A stretch of 64,000 bases of DNA, from assembly GCF_000009045.1 (NCBI RefSeq), contig NC_000964.3, positions 1 through 64,000 on the forward strand, in the 5' to 3' direction. Shown here in pieces: positions 1-17,533 of the stretch. Position 1 is the first letter of the stretch. Every line of letters starts with the position of its first letter. The notes beneath the pieces are model-generated. The model did no database searches, was not told the origin of the DNA, and saw only the letters and a list, made by a program, of their open reading frames with translations. Both the position numbers and the translations under genes were made by a program. The stretch is from Bacillus subtilis subsp. subtilis str. 168 (GTDB lineage Bacteria; Bacillota; Bacilli; Bacillales; Bacillaceae).

Positions 1-20
1 ATCTTTTTCGGCTTTTTTTA

Positions 21-257
21 GTATCCACAGAGGTTATCGACAACATTTTCACATTACCAACCCCTGTGGACAAGGTTTTTTCAACAGGTTGTCCGCTTTG
101 TGGATAAGATTGTGACAACCATTGCAAGCTCTCGTTTATTTTGGTATTATATTTGTGTTTTAACTCTTGATTACTAATCCTACCTTTCCTCTTTATCCAC
201 AAAGTGTGGATAAGTTGTGGATTGATTTCACACAGCTTGTGTAGAAGGTTGTCCACA
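21..257. promoter_or_regulatory. oriC: oriC, upstream DnaA-box cluster (incA/incB part)
   Basis: Perfect DnaA boxes TGTGGATAA at 99-107 and 205-213 and TTATCCACA at 193-201; one-mismatch boxes at 21-29, 34-42, 65-73 and 249-257; lies directly upstream of dnaA. Confidence 0.95.
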
Positions 258-268
258 AGTTGTGAAAT

Positions 269-297
269 TTGTCGAAAAGCTATTTATCTACTATATT
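269..297 (+). promoter_or_regulatory. sigmaA promoter of dnaA-dnaN, overlapped by a Spo0A box
   Basis: TTGTCG (269-274), 17 bp, TATATT (292-297). TGTCGAA at 270-276 is a perfect 0A box. Confidence 0.7.
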
Positions 298-409
298 ATA
301 TGTTTTCAACATTTAATGTGTACGAATGGTAAGCGCCATTTGCTCTTTTTTTGTGTTCTATAACAGAGAAAGACGCCATTTTCTAAGAAAAGGAGGGACG
401 TGCCGGAAG

Positions 410-1750
410 ATGGAAAATATATTAGACCTGTGGAACCAAGCCCTTGCTCAAATCGAAAAAAAGTTGAGCAAACCGAGTTTTGAGACTTGGATGAAGTCAA
501 CCAAAGCCCACTCACTGCAAGGCGATACATTAACAATCACGGCTCCCAATGAATTTGCCAGAGACTGGCTGGAGTCCAGATACTTGCATCTGATTGCAGA
601 TACTATATATGAATTAACCGGGGAAGAATTGAGCATTAAGTTTGTCATTCCTCAAAATCAAGATGTTGAGGACTTTATGCCGAAACCGCAAGTCAAAAAA
701 GCGGTCAAAGAAGATACATCTGATTTTCCTCAAAATATGCTCAATCCAAAATATACTTTTGATACTTTTGTCATCGGATCTGGAAACCGATTTGCACATG
801 CTGCTTCCCTCGCAGTAGCGGAAGCGCCCGCGAAAGCTTACAACCCTTTATTTATCTATGGGGGCGTCGGCTTAGGGAAAACACACTTAATGCATGCGAT
901 CGGCCATTATGTAATAGATCATAATCCTTCTGCCAAAGTGGTTTATCTGTCTTCTGAGAAATTTACAAACGAATTCATCAACTCTATCCGAGATAATAAA
1001 GCCGTCGACTTCCGCAATCGCTATCGAAATGTTGATGTGCTTTTGATAGATGATATTCAATTTTTAGCGGGGAAAGAACAAACCCAGGAAGAATTTTTCC
1101 ATACATTTAACACATTACACGAAGAAAGCAAACAAATCGTCATTTCAAGTGACCGGCCGCCAAAGGAAATTCCGACACTTGAAGACAGATTGCGCTCACG
1201 TTTTGAATGGGGACTTATTACAGATATCACACCGCCTGATCTAGAAACGAGAATTGCAATTTTAAGAAAAAAGGCCAAAGCAGAGGGCCTCGATATTCCG
1301 AACGAGGTTATGCTTTACATCGCGAATCAAATCGACAGCAATATTCGGGAACTCGAAGGAGCATTAATCAGAGTTGTCGCTTATTCATCTTTAATTAATA
1401 AAGATATTAATGCTGATCTGGCCGCTGAGGCGTTGAAAGATATTATTCCTTCCTCAAAACCGAAAGTCATTACGATAAAAGAAATTCAGAGGGTAGTAGG
1501 CCAGCAATTTAATATTAAACTCGAGGATTTCAAAGCAAAAAAACGGACAAAGTCAGTAGCTTTTCCGCGTCAAATCGCCATGTACTTATCAAGGGAAATG
1601 ACTGATTCCTCTCTTCCTAAAATCGGTGAAGAGTTTGGAGGACGTGATCATACGACCGTTATTCATGCGCATGAAAAAATTTCAAAACTGCTGGCAGATG
1701 ATGAACAGCTTCAGCAGCATGTAAAAGAAATTAAAGAACAGCTTAAATAG
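410..1750 (+). CDS. dnaA: Chromosomal replication initiator DnaA
   Basis: SD AAGGAGG before ATG 410; Walker [17 protein letters not shown] and C-terminal GGRDHTTV domain IV. The ORF-track extension to 326 has no SD. Confidence 0.99.
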   Translation: MENILDLWNQALAQIEKKLSKPSFETWMKSTKAHSLQGDTLTITAPNEFARDWLESRYLHLIADTIYELTGEELSIKFVIPQNQDVEDFMPKPQVKKAVKEDTSDFPQNMLNPKYTFDTFVIGSGNRFAHAASLAVAEAPAKAYNPLFIYGGVGLGKTHLMHAIGHYVIDHNPSAKVVYLSSEKFTNEFINSIRDNKAVDFRNRYRNVDVLLIDDIQFLAGKEQTQEEFFHTFNTLHEESKQIVISSDRPPKEIPTLEDRLRSRFEWGLITDITPPDLETRIAILRKKAKAEGLDIPNEVMLYIANQIDSNIRELEGALIRVVAYSSLINKDINADLAAEALKDIIPSSKPKVITIKEIQRVVGQQFNIKLEDFKAKKRTKSVAFPRQIAMYLSREMTDSSLPKIGEEFGGRDHTTVIHAHEKISKLLADDEQLQQHVKEIKEQLK

Positions 1751-1776
1751 CAGGACCGGGGATCAATCGGGGAAAG

Positions 1777-1915
1777 TGTGAATAACTTTTCGGAAGTCAT
1801 ACACAGTCTGTCCACATGTGGATAGGCTGTGTTTCCTGTCTTTTTCACAACTTATCCACAAATCCACAGGCCCTACTATTACTTCTACTATTTTTTATAA
1901 ATATATATATTAATA
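1777..1915. promoter_or_regulatory. oriC: oriC incC: DnaA boxes, DnaA-trios and AT-rich unwinding region
   Basis: Boxes at 1777-1785, 1797-1805, 1808-1816, 1817-1825, 1841-1849, 1852-1860 (perfect) and 1860-1868, then GGCC, trios CTA CTA TTA CTT CTA CTA (1873-1890) and an AT-only run (1891-1915). Confidence 0.95.
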
Positions 1916-1938
1916 CATTATCCGTTAGGAGGATAAAA

Positions 1939-3075
1939 ATGAAATTCACGATTCAAAAAGATCGTCTTGTTGAAAGTGTCCAAGATGTATTAAAAGCAGT
2001 TTCATCCAGAACCACGATTCCCATTCTGACTGGTATTAAAATTGTTGCATCAGATGATGGAGTATCCTTTACAGGGAGTGACTCAGATATTTCTATTGAA
2101 TCCTTCATTCCAAAAGAAGAAGGAGATAAAGAAATCGTCACTATTGAACAGCCCGGAAGCATCGTTTTACAGGCTCGCTTTTTTAGTGAAATTGTAAAAA
2201 AATTGCCGATGGCAACTGTAGAAATTGAAGTCCAAAATCAGTATTTGACGATTATCCGTTCTGGTAAAGCTGAATTTAATCTAAACGGACTGGATGCTGA
2301 TGAATATCCGCACTTGCCGCAGATTGAAGAGCATCATGCGATTCAGATCCCAACTGATTTGTTAAAAAATCTAATCAGACAAACAGTATTTGCAGTGTCC
2401 ACCTCAGAAACACGCCCTATCTTGACAGGTGTAAACTGGAAAGTGGAGCAAAGTGAATTATTATGCACTGCAACGGATAGCCACCGTCTTGCATTAAGAA
2501 AGGCGAAACTTGATATTCCAGAAGACAGATCTTATAACGTCGTGATTCCGGGAAAAAGTTTAACTGAACTCAGCAAGATTTTAGATGACAACCAGGAACT
2601 TGTAGATATCGTCATCACAGAAACCCAAGTTCTGTTTAAAGCGAAAAACGTCTTGTTCTTCTCACGGCTTCTGGACGGGAATTATCCAGACACAACCAGC
2701 CTGATTCCGCAAGACAGCAAAACAGAAATCATTGTGAACACAAAAGAATTCCTTCAGGCCATTGATCGTGCATCTCTTTTAGCTAGAGAGGGACGCAACA
2801 ACGTTGTAAAACTGTCCGCAAAACCGGCTGAATCCATTGAAATTTCTTCCAATTCGCCAGAAATCGGTAAAGTTGTGGAAGCAATTGTTGCGGATCAAAT
2901 TGAAGGTGAGGAATTAAATATCTCTTTTAGTCCAAAATATATGCTGGATGCACTAAAGGTGCTTGAAGGAGCAGAAATACGCGTAAGCTTTACAGGCGCA
3001 ATGAGACCTTTCTTAATTCGCACGCCGAATGATGAAACGATTGTACAGCTTATCCTTCCTGTCAGAACCTATTAA
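1939..3075 (+). CDS. dnaN: DNA polymerase III beta sliding clamp
   Basis: SD AGGAGG then ATG 1939; MKFTIQKD N-terminus, ATDSHRLA motif and C-terminal LILPVRTY. Confidence 0.99.
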   Translation: MKFTIQKDRLVESVQDVLKAVSSRTTIPILTGIKIVASDDGVSFTGSDSDISIESFIPKEEGDKEIVTIEQPGSIVLQARFFSEIVKKLPMATVEIEVQNQYLTIIRSGKAEFNLNGLDADEYPHLPQIEEHHAIQIPTDLLKNLIRQTVFAVSTSETRPILTGVNWKVEQSELLCTATDSHRLALRKAKLDIPEDRSYNVVIPGKSLTELSKILDDNQELVDIVITETQVLFKAKNVLFFSRLLDGNYPDTTSLIPQDSKTEIIVNTKEFLQAIDRASLLAREGRNNVVKLSAKPAESIEISSNSPEIGKVVEAIVADQIEGEELNISFSPKYMLDALKVLEGAEIRVSFTGAMRPFLIRTPNDETIVQLILPVRTY

Positions 3076-3086
3076 TCCGATACACT

Positions 3087-3110
3087 GCTGCCGACCCGTC
3101 GGCAGCTTTT
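3087..3110 (+). terminator. Intrinsic terminator after dnaN
   Basis: GCTGCCGA-cccg-TCGGCAGC-TTTT. Confidence 0.75.
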
Positions 3111-3142
3111 CTATTCGGTATCTGCTCCGACAAGTTTTCCCT

Positions 3143-3171
3143 TTCCCTAATTCGTTTTTTTTTAGTACAAT
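3143..3171 (+). promoter_or_regulatory. Putative sigmaA promoter of rlbA-recF-remB-gyrB
   Basis: TTCCCT, 17 bp (containing T9), TACAAT. Confidence 0.6.
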
Positions 3172-3205
3172 TAGATATTAGTGATATTTGAAAGAGGTCG
3201 ATATA

Positions 3206-3421
3206 ATGGCAAATCCGATTTCAATTGATACAGAGATGATTACACTCGGACAATTCTTAAAATTAGCCGATGTGATTCAGTCTGGCGGTATGGCGAAGTG
3301 GTTTTTAAGCGAGCATGAAGTGCTTGTGAACGATGAGCCGGACAACCGCCGGGGCAGAAAGCTGTATGTTGGAGATGTGGTAGAGATTGAAGGATTTGGT
3401 TCATTTCAAGTCGTCAATTAA
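3206..3421 (+). CDS. rlbA: S4-domain RNA-binding protein YaaA/RlbA
   Basis: SD AAAGAGG, ATG 3206; ITLGQFLK...SGGMAK...RRGRKL is the S4-like YaaA family; conserved position between dnaN and recF. Confidence 0.93.
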   Translation: MANPISIDTEMITLGQFLKLADVIQSGGMAKWFLSEHEVLVNDEPDNRRGRKLYVGDVVEIEGFGSFQVVN

Positions 3422-3436
3422 AGCGGGTGACACTGA

Positions 3437-4549
3437 TTGTATATCCAGAACTTAGAACTGACATCTTACCGCAACTACGACCATGCTGAACTTCAATTTG
3501 AAAATAAAGTAAATGTGATCATCGGAGAAAACGCCCAGGGGAAGACAAACCTCATGGAGGCGATCTATGTCTTGTCCATGGCGAAATCGCACCGGACATC
3601 AAATGACAAAGAACTTATACGGTGGGACAAAGACTATGCTAAAATAGAGGGAAGAGTGATGAAGCAAAACGGGGCGATCCCGATGCAGCTCGTCATCTCC
3701 AAAAAGGGTAAAAAGGGCAAGGTCAATCATATTGAACAGCAAAAGCTCAGCCAGTATGTCGGGGCCCTCAACACCATTATGTTCGCGCCGGAAGATTTAA
3801 ATCTTGTAAAGGGAAGCCCTCAAGTGAGAAGGCGGTTTCTTGACATGGAAATCGGACAGGTTTCTCCCGTCTACCTTCATGATCTTTCTCTTTACCAGAA
3901 AATCCTTTCCCAGCGGAATCATTTTTTGAAACAGCTGCAAACAAGAAAACAAACTGACCGGACGATGCTCGATGTTCTGACCGATCAGCTTGTAGAAGTT
4001 GCAGCAAAAGTCGTCGTAAAACGCCTGCAGTTTACAGCACAGCTCGAGAAATGGGCGCAGCCCATCCATGCAGGCATCTCAAGAGGGCTTGAAGAACTGA
4101 CCCTGAAATACCATACAGCTCTTGATGTATCAGATCCCCTAGATTTGTCGAAAATAGGAGATAGCTATCAAGAAGCGTTTTCTAAATTAAGAGAAAAAGA
4201 AATTGAGCGTGGTGTGACGCTGTCAGGGCCTCATCGCGATGATGTTCTTTTCTATGTGAACGGACGCGATGTGCAGACGTATGGTTCTCAAGGACAGCAG
4301 CGAACGACGGCGTTGTCCCTTAAGCTGGCGGAGATTGACCTGATCCATGAAGAAATCGGAGAATATCCCATTTTACTATTGGATGATGTACTGAGTGAAC
4401 TGGATGATTATCGCCAGTCACACTTGCTTCATACGATCCAAGGCCGTGTACAAACGTTTGTCACAACGACAAGCGTTGATGGCATTGATCACGAAACCTT
4501 ACGTCAAGCAGGAATGTTCCGTGTGCAAAATGGTGCGTTAGTGAAGTGA
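3437..4549 (+). CDS. recF: DNA repair protein RecF
   Basis: TTG start; Walker [17 protein letters not shown] signature and [11 protein letters not shown]. Confidence 0.99.
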   Translation: MYIQNLELTSYRNYDHAELQFENKVNVIIGENAQGKTNLMEAIYVLSMAKSHRTSNDKELIRWDKDYAKIEGRVMKQNGAIPMQLVISKKGKKGKVNHIEQQKLSQYVGALNTIMFAPEDLNLVKGSPQVRRRFLDMEIGQVSPVYLHDLSLYQKILSQRNHFLKQLQTRKQTDRTMLDVLTDQLVEVAAKVVVKRLQFTAQLEKWAQPIHAGISRGLEELTLKYHTALDVSDPLDLSKIGDSYQEAFSKLREKEIERGVTLSGPHRDDVLFYVNGRDVQTYGSQGQQRTTALSLKLAEIDLIHEEIGEYPILLLDDVLSELDDYRQSHLLHTIQGRVQTFVTTTSVDGIDHETLRQAGMFRVQNGALVK

Positions 4550-4566
4550 AGAAATGAGGTGAGCAA

Positions 4567-4812
4567 TTGTATATTCATTTAGGTGATGACTTTGTGGTTT
4601 CAACACGAGATATTGTCGGCATTTTTGACTTTAAAGCCAACATGTCGCCTATTGTTGAAGAATTTCTGAAAAAACAGAAACACAAGGTGGTGCCTTCCGT
4701 AAACGGCACGCCCAAATCTATCGTAGTCACGGTTCAGAATATATATTACTCTCCCTTATCTTCCAGCACATTAAAAAAACGTGCGCAATTTATGTTTGAA
4801 ATAGATTCTTAG
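4567..4812 (+). CDS. remB: RemB/YaaB (DUF370 family) biofilm regulator
   Basis: TTG start after GAGGTGA; MYIHLG N-terminus typical of the family; sits between recF and gyrB. Confidence 0.9.
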   Translation: MYIHLGDDFVVSTRDIVGIFDFKANMSPIVEEFLKKQKHKVVPSVNGTPKSIVVTVQNIYYSPLSSSTLKKRAQFMFEIDS

Positions 4813-4851
4813 AAATTTTTTATCACGAATATATCGTTTAGAAAAGTGTAG

Positions 4852-6783
<1,932 letters not shown>

Positions 6784-6787
6784 TCAT

Positions 6788-6824
6788 AAAAAGCCTTATT
6801 TCCAATAAGAAATAAGGCTTTTTT
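6788..6824 (+). terminator. Intrinsic terminator after gyrB
   Basis: AAGCCTTATTTC-caataa-GAAATAAGGCTT-TTTT. Confidence 0.85.
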
Positions 6825-6993
6825 CTGAACAAGATCAGATGCAGCGATGCCTGCAATACCTATATATTCTAGCAATTTAATGTGTATAATCATAAGTTTA
6901 TTGATATAATGGAGAATAGTGAAATCGTATTGAAGGTCATAATGGACAATCTACTCCCACATATTTCATGTGATACTTCAGGGAGGTTTTTTA

Positions 6994-9459
6994 ATGAGTG
7001 AACAAAACACACCACAAGTTCGTGAAATAAATATCAGTCAGGAAATGCGTACGTCCTTCTTGGATTATGCAATGAGCGTTATCGTGTCCCGTGCTCTTCC
7101 GGATGTTCGTGACGGTTTAAAACCGGTTCATAGACGGATTTTGTATGCAATGAATGATTTAGGCATGACAAGTGACAAGCCTTATAAAAAATCCGCGCGT
7201 ATCGTTGGAGAAGTTATCGGGAAATACCACCCGCACGGTGATTCAGCGGTATATGAATCCATGGTCAGAATGGCTCAGGATTTCAACTACCGTTATATGC
7301 TCGTTGACGGTCACGGAAACTTCGGTTCTGTTGACGGAGACTCAGCGGCGGCCATGCGTTATACAGAAGCACGAATGTCTAAAATCTCAATGGAGATTCT
7401 TCGCGACATCACAAAAGACACAATCGATTACCAGGATAACTATGACGGGTCAGAAAGAGAACCTGTCGTTATGCCTTCAAGGTTCCCGAATCTGCTCGTG
7501 AACGGTGCTGCCGGCATTGCGGTAGGTATGGCAACAAACATTCCTCCGCACCAGCTGGGAGAAATCATTGACGGTGTACTTGCTGTTAGTGAGAATCCGG
7601 ACATTACAATTCCAGAGCTTATGGAAGTCATTCCAGGGCCTGATTTCCCGACCGCGGGTCAAATCTTGGGACGCAGCGGTATCCGGAAAGCATACGAATC
7701 AGGCCGAGGCTCTATCACGATCCGGGCAAAAGCTGAGATCGAACAAACATCTTCGGGTAAAGAAAGAATTATCGTTACAGAGTTACCTTACCAAGTAAAT
7801 AAGGCGAAATTAATTGAGAAAATTGCTGATCTCGTAAGGGACAAAAAGATAGAGGGTATCACAGATCTGCGTGATGAGTCAGATCGTACAGGTATGAGAA
7901 TTGTCATTGAAATCAGACGCGATGCCAATGCGAATGTTATCTTAAACAATCTGTACAAACAAACTGCTCTACAAACATCTTTTGGCATCAACCTGCTTGC
8001 GCTTGTTGATGGCCAGCCGAAAGTTTTAACTCTTAAGCAATGCCTGGAGCATTACCTTGACCATCAAAAAGTTGTCATTAGACGCCGTACTGCTTATGAA
8101 TTGCGTAAAGCAGAAGCGAGAGCTCATATCTTGGAAGGATTGAGAGTTGCACTGGATCATCTCGATGCAGTTATCTCCCTTATCCGTAATTCTCAAACGG
8201 CTGAAATTGCGAGAACAGGTTTAATTGAACAATTCTCACTGACAGAGAAGCAAGCACAAGCGATCCTTGACATGAGGCTCCAGCGTTTAACGGGACTGGA
8301 ACGTGAAAAGATCGAAGAAGAATACCAGTCTCTTGTTAAATTAATTGCAGAGCTAAAAGACATCTTGGCAAATGAATATAAAGTGCTTGAGATCATTCGT
8401 GAAGAACTCACGGAAATCAAAGAGCGTTTTAACGATGAAAGACGTACTGAGATCGTCACTTCTGGACTGGAGACAATTGAAGATGAAGATCTCATCGAGA
8501 GAGAAAATATCGTAGTTACTCTGACGCACAACGGATACGTCAAACGTCTTCCTGCATCAACTTACCGCAGTCAAAAACGGGGCGGAAAAGGTGTACAAGG
8601 TATGGGAACAAACGAAGATGATTTCGTTGAACATTTGATCTCTACGTCAACTCATGACACGATTCTCTTCTTCTCGAACAAGGGGAAAGTGTATCGTGCA
8701 AAAGGGTATGAAATCCCTGAATACGGCAGAACGGCAAAAGGAATCCCGATTATTAACCTGCTGGAGGTAGAAAAGGGTGAGTGGATCAACGCGATTATTC
8801 CAGTCACGGAATTCAATGCGGAGCTTTACCTCTTCTTCACTACAAAGCATGGGGTTTCAAAACGAACATCGCTATCTCAATTCGCTAATATCCGCAACAA
8901 TGGTCTAATTGCTCTGAGTCTTCGTGAAGATGATGAACTGATGGGTGTACGTCTGACTGACGGCACAAAACAAATCATCATTGGAACGAAAAACGGTTTA
9001 CTGATTCGTTTCCCTGAAACAGATGTCCGAGAGATGGGAAGAACTGCGGCGGGCGTAAAAGGCATCACCCTGACGGATGACGACGTTGTTGTCGGCATGG
9101 AGATTTTAGAGGAAGAATCACACGTCCTTATCGTAACTGAAAAAGGGTACGGAAAACGAACTCCTGCTGAAGAGTACAGAACCCAAAGCCGGGGCGGAAA
9201 AGGACTCAAAACAGCGAAAATCACCGAGAACAACGGCCAACTAGTAGCAGTGAAAGCTACTAAAGGTGAAGAGGATCTAATGATTATTACAGCTAGCGGC
9301 GTACTCATCAGAATGGACATCAATGATATCTCCATCACCGGACGTGTCACTCAAGGTGTGCGTCTCATCAGAATGGCAGAAGAAGAGCATGTTGCTACAG
9401 TAGCTTTAGTTGAGAAAAACGAAGAAGATGAGAATGAAGAAGAACAAGAAGAAGTGTGA
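6994..9459 (+). CDS. gyrA: DNA gyrase subunit A
   Basis: SD GGGAGG; [10 protein letters not shown] (QRDR, wild-type Ser), AAMRYTE catalytic Tyr, GyrA-box QKRGGKG and acidic tail. Confidence 0.99.
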   Translation: MSEQNTPQVREINISQEMRTSFLDYAMSVIVSRALPDVRDGLKPVHRRILYAMNDLGMTSDKPYKKSARIVGEVIGKYHPHGDSAVYESMVRMAQDFNYRYMLVDGHGNFGSVDGDSAAAMRYTEARMSKISMEILRDITKDTIDYQDNYDGSEREPVVMPSRFPNLLVNGAAGIAVGMATNIPPHQLGEIIDGVLAVSENPDITIPELMEVIPGPDFPTAGQILGRSGIRKAYESGRGSITIRAKAEIEQTSSGKERIIVTELPYQVNKAKLIEKIADLVRDKKIEGITDLRDESDRTGMRIVIEIRRDANANVILNNLYKQTALQTSFGINLLALVDGQPKVLTLKQCLEHYLDHQKVVIRRRTAYELRKAEARAHILEGLRVALDHLDAVISLIRNSQTAEIARTGLIEQFSLTEKQAQAILDMRLQRLTGLEREKIEEEYQSLVKLIAELKDILANEYKVLEIIREELTEIKERFNDERRTEIVTSGLETIEDEDLIERENIVVTLTHNGYVKRLPASTYRSQKRGGKGVQGMGTNEDDFVEHLISTSTHDTILFFSNKGKVYRAKGYEIPEYGRTAKGIPIINLLEVEKGEWINAIIPVTEFNAELYLFFTTKHGVSKRTSLSQFANIRNNGLIALSLREDDELMGVRLTDGTKQIIIGTKNGLLIRFPETDVREMGRTAAGVKGITLTDDDVVVGMEILEEESHVLIVTEKGYGKRTPAEEYRTQSRGGKGLKTAKITENNGQLVAVKATKGEEDLMIITASGVLIRMDINDISITGRVTQGVRLIRMAEEEHVATVALVEKNEEDENEEEQEEV

Positions 9460-9492
9460 AAAAAAGCGCAGCTGAAATAGCTGCGCTTTTTT
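9460..9492 (+). terminator. Intrinsic terminator after gyrA
   Basis: A-tract, GCGCAGCT-gaaat-AGCTGCGC, T6. Confidence 0.88.
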
Positions 9493-9504
9493 GTGTCATA
9501 ACCC

Positions 9505-9630
9505 TTTACAGTCATAAAAATTATGGTATAATCATTTCTGTTGTCTTTTTAAAGACACAAGCATGACCATTATGACTAGTAAAAACTTTTTCAAAAAAGT
9601 ATTGACCTAGTTAACTAAAAATGTTACTAT
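9505..9630 (+). promoter_or_regulatory. rrnO tandem promoters P1 and P2
   Basis: P1: TTTACA (9505), 16 bp, TGg-TATAAT (9527-9532). P2: TTGACC (9602), 17 bp, TACTAT (9625-9630). boxA-like TCTTTGAAAA near 9663. Confidence 0.85.
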
Positions 9631-9810
9631 TAAGTAGTCGCTTTGAGAGAAGCACACAAAGTTCTTTGAAAACTAAACAAGACAAAACGTACCTGTTAAT
9701 TCATTTTTATAAATCGCACAGCGATGTGCGTAGTCAGTCAAACTAGGGCCTGCACGACGCAGGTCACACAGGTGTCGCCGCAGGATGCGGTGAACTTAAC
9801 CTGTGATCCA

Positions 9811-11371
<1,561 letters not shown>

Positions 11372-11463
11372 TTTACGGAATATAAGACCTTGGGTCTTAT
11401 AAACAGAACGTTCCCTGTCTTGTTTAGTTTTGAAGGAACTTTGTTCCTTGAATAAGTTAAGAT

Positions 11464-11540
<77 letters not shown>

Positions 11541-11551
11541 TCTTATATAAC

Positions 11552-11627
11552 GGGGCCTTAGCTCAGCTGGGAGAGCGCCTGCTTTGCACGCAGGAGGTCA
11601 GCGGTTCGATCCCGCTAGGCTCCACCA
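11552..11627 (+). tRNA. trnO-Ala: tRNA-Ala (anticodon TGC)
   Basis: GGGGCCT acceptor stem with G3.U70, CCTGC-TT-TGC-AC-GCAGG and encoded CCA. Confidence 0.98.
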
Positions 11628-11708
11628 ACGTGTTCTTTGAAAACTAGATAACAGTAGACATCACATTCAATTAGTAACACAAGATATCACATAGTGATTC
11701 TTTTTAAC

Positions 11709-14636
<2,928 letters not shown>

Positions 14637-14691
14637 ATTTTTGAATGATGTCACACCTGTTATCTAGTTTTGAGAGAACACTCTCAATTTG

Positions 14692-14807
14692 TTTGGTGGC
14701 GATAGCGAAGAGGTCACACCCGTTCCCATACCGAACACGGAAGTTAAGCTCTTCAGCGCCGATGGTAGTCGGGGGTTTCCCCCTGTGAGAGTAGGACGCC
14801 GCCAAGC
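14692..14807 (+). rRNA. rrnO-5S: 5S rRNA (rrnO)
   Basis: TTTGGTGGCG...CGCCGCCAAGC with CCGAAC loop; 116 nt. Confidence 0.98.
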
Positions 14808-14813
14808 AAGCTT

Positions 14814-14841
14814 AAACCCAGCTCAATGAGCTGGGTTTTTT
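14814..14841. terminator. rrnO terminator, probably bidirectional with yaaC
   Basis: AAACCCAGCTC-aat-GAGCTGGGTTTTTT. Confidence 0.88.
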
Positions 14842-14846
14842 GTTTG

Positions 14847-15794
14847 TTAAAAATGAAGAAGAAACTGTGAAGCGTATTTAGGGAATTTCTTTTCTGATAC
14901 TAATAAAAACTGCTGAATTAACACGTAGTCATCACTTATATGCTGTGTTAATAACTCATACCACCATTCTGTTTCATACCTTGCAATCATCCCAACGTTG
15001 TACAAAATCAAATAATGAATTGTCATTTCGGGAAGCCTCAGAAATTGCTCCCTTTGAGAAGGGATATAATATTGGTTCTTTTCCATGTCAAACAATAAGC
15101 TGGTCGATGTCCATGGCTCCTTGTCTTGTGGTGAAATTTCGAACAGCAGCCCGTGTTCATTTTTTTTTGTAAAAGACCATTGATAATGATGGGACATGTA
15201 TTCAGCAAACCTTGAATCAGACATTTTGTAATTGATTACTACTTCCTCCGGTACAAAAATTTCGTTCTTATCCTTCTCAACTTTTGTCATAAATCGTTCT
15301 TTCTGCTGAAAGTAGAAAATATCGCTAAGTTCTGGAATGGCCATTAATAATTTTTTCATGGTATACCGTTCATCTACTATATCCGATTGTCCGAATAAAT
15401 GTTTCATAAAATGTACGCATAGGCCATTCCGTTGTATTTTCACTTCATCGTCGCTAAAACAATAATTTTGTTTCTTTCGTTTTCTTGTTGTTACGCCATG
15501 TGCCAGTACTGATGTATGGCTTGGATAATGAGGATCACGTGTAATTAAGCATGCTTTGATAAGCTGTGCCATTCCATAAAATAAAAGAATCGGTTTGATT
15601 TCTAAGGGAGAATATGCGGCTTGTTTATAAAACGATTCGGCATGCTTTAAGAAATAAATAAACCGTTCACTGTTTTTAAAAGAGTTTTTTTTCGCATCGT
15701 TAATACCGTTTAAGATATAAACCTTTTCTAGAAATTTCTGGGTTGATTCAACGGAGTAAAATAGCGCTAAGTCTTTCCACTCATGATATGTCAT
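14847..15794 (-). CDS. yaaC: YaaC-family protein of unknown function
   Basis: 315-aa ORF filling the rrnO-guaB gap, ATG with upstream AAAGGA; recognised by position and sequence. Confidence 0.88.
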
Positions 15795-15824
15795 GTATAT
15801 TTCTTAATCCTTTCCGTTATCTAA

Positions 15825-17381
<1,557 letters not shown>

Positions 17382-17407
17382 TAAATTGTTACAAATTAAA
17401 AACATTT

Positions 17408-17438
17408 GACAGGGTCTCTGACTCTGTCTATTTTTTTT
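17408..17438 (+). terminator. Terminator after guaB
   Basis: GACAGGGTC-tct-GACTCTGTC-ta-T8. Confidence 0.8.
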
Positions 17439-17533
17439 ATACTGATTATGATAAAATTTATACTGTTGTGCATTGAAAATGTCCTTAACGGCTTAATTAT
17501 AGATGAAGAAAATGAAATACGGAGGTCGTACGA

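Noticed and set aside
168-300. CTA/TTA repeats upstream of dnaA as a second DnaA-trio array
   Set aside because: They are irregular, not positioned 3' of a box pair with a GC spacer, and partly explained by the promoter -10.
326-409. N-terminal ORF-track extensions of dnaA, dnaN, serS, guaB, veg, sspF, yabA, purR and others
   Set aside because: The strong SDs sit at downstream starts, and the extensions run through DnaA boxes, promoters or T-box/terminator sequence.
17388-17404. WalR-like TGTTTT-N5-TGTAAC upstream of dacA
   Set aside because: It has a mismatch in an AT-rich context, lies upstream of the guaB terminator and is likely to occur by chance.
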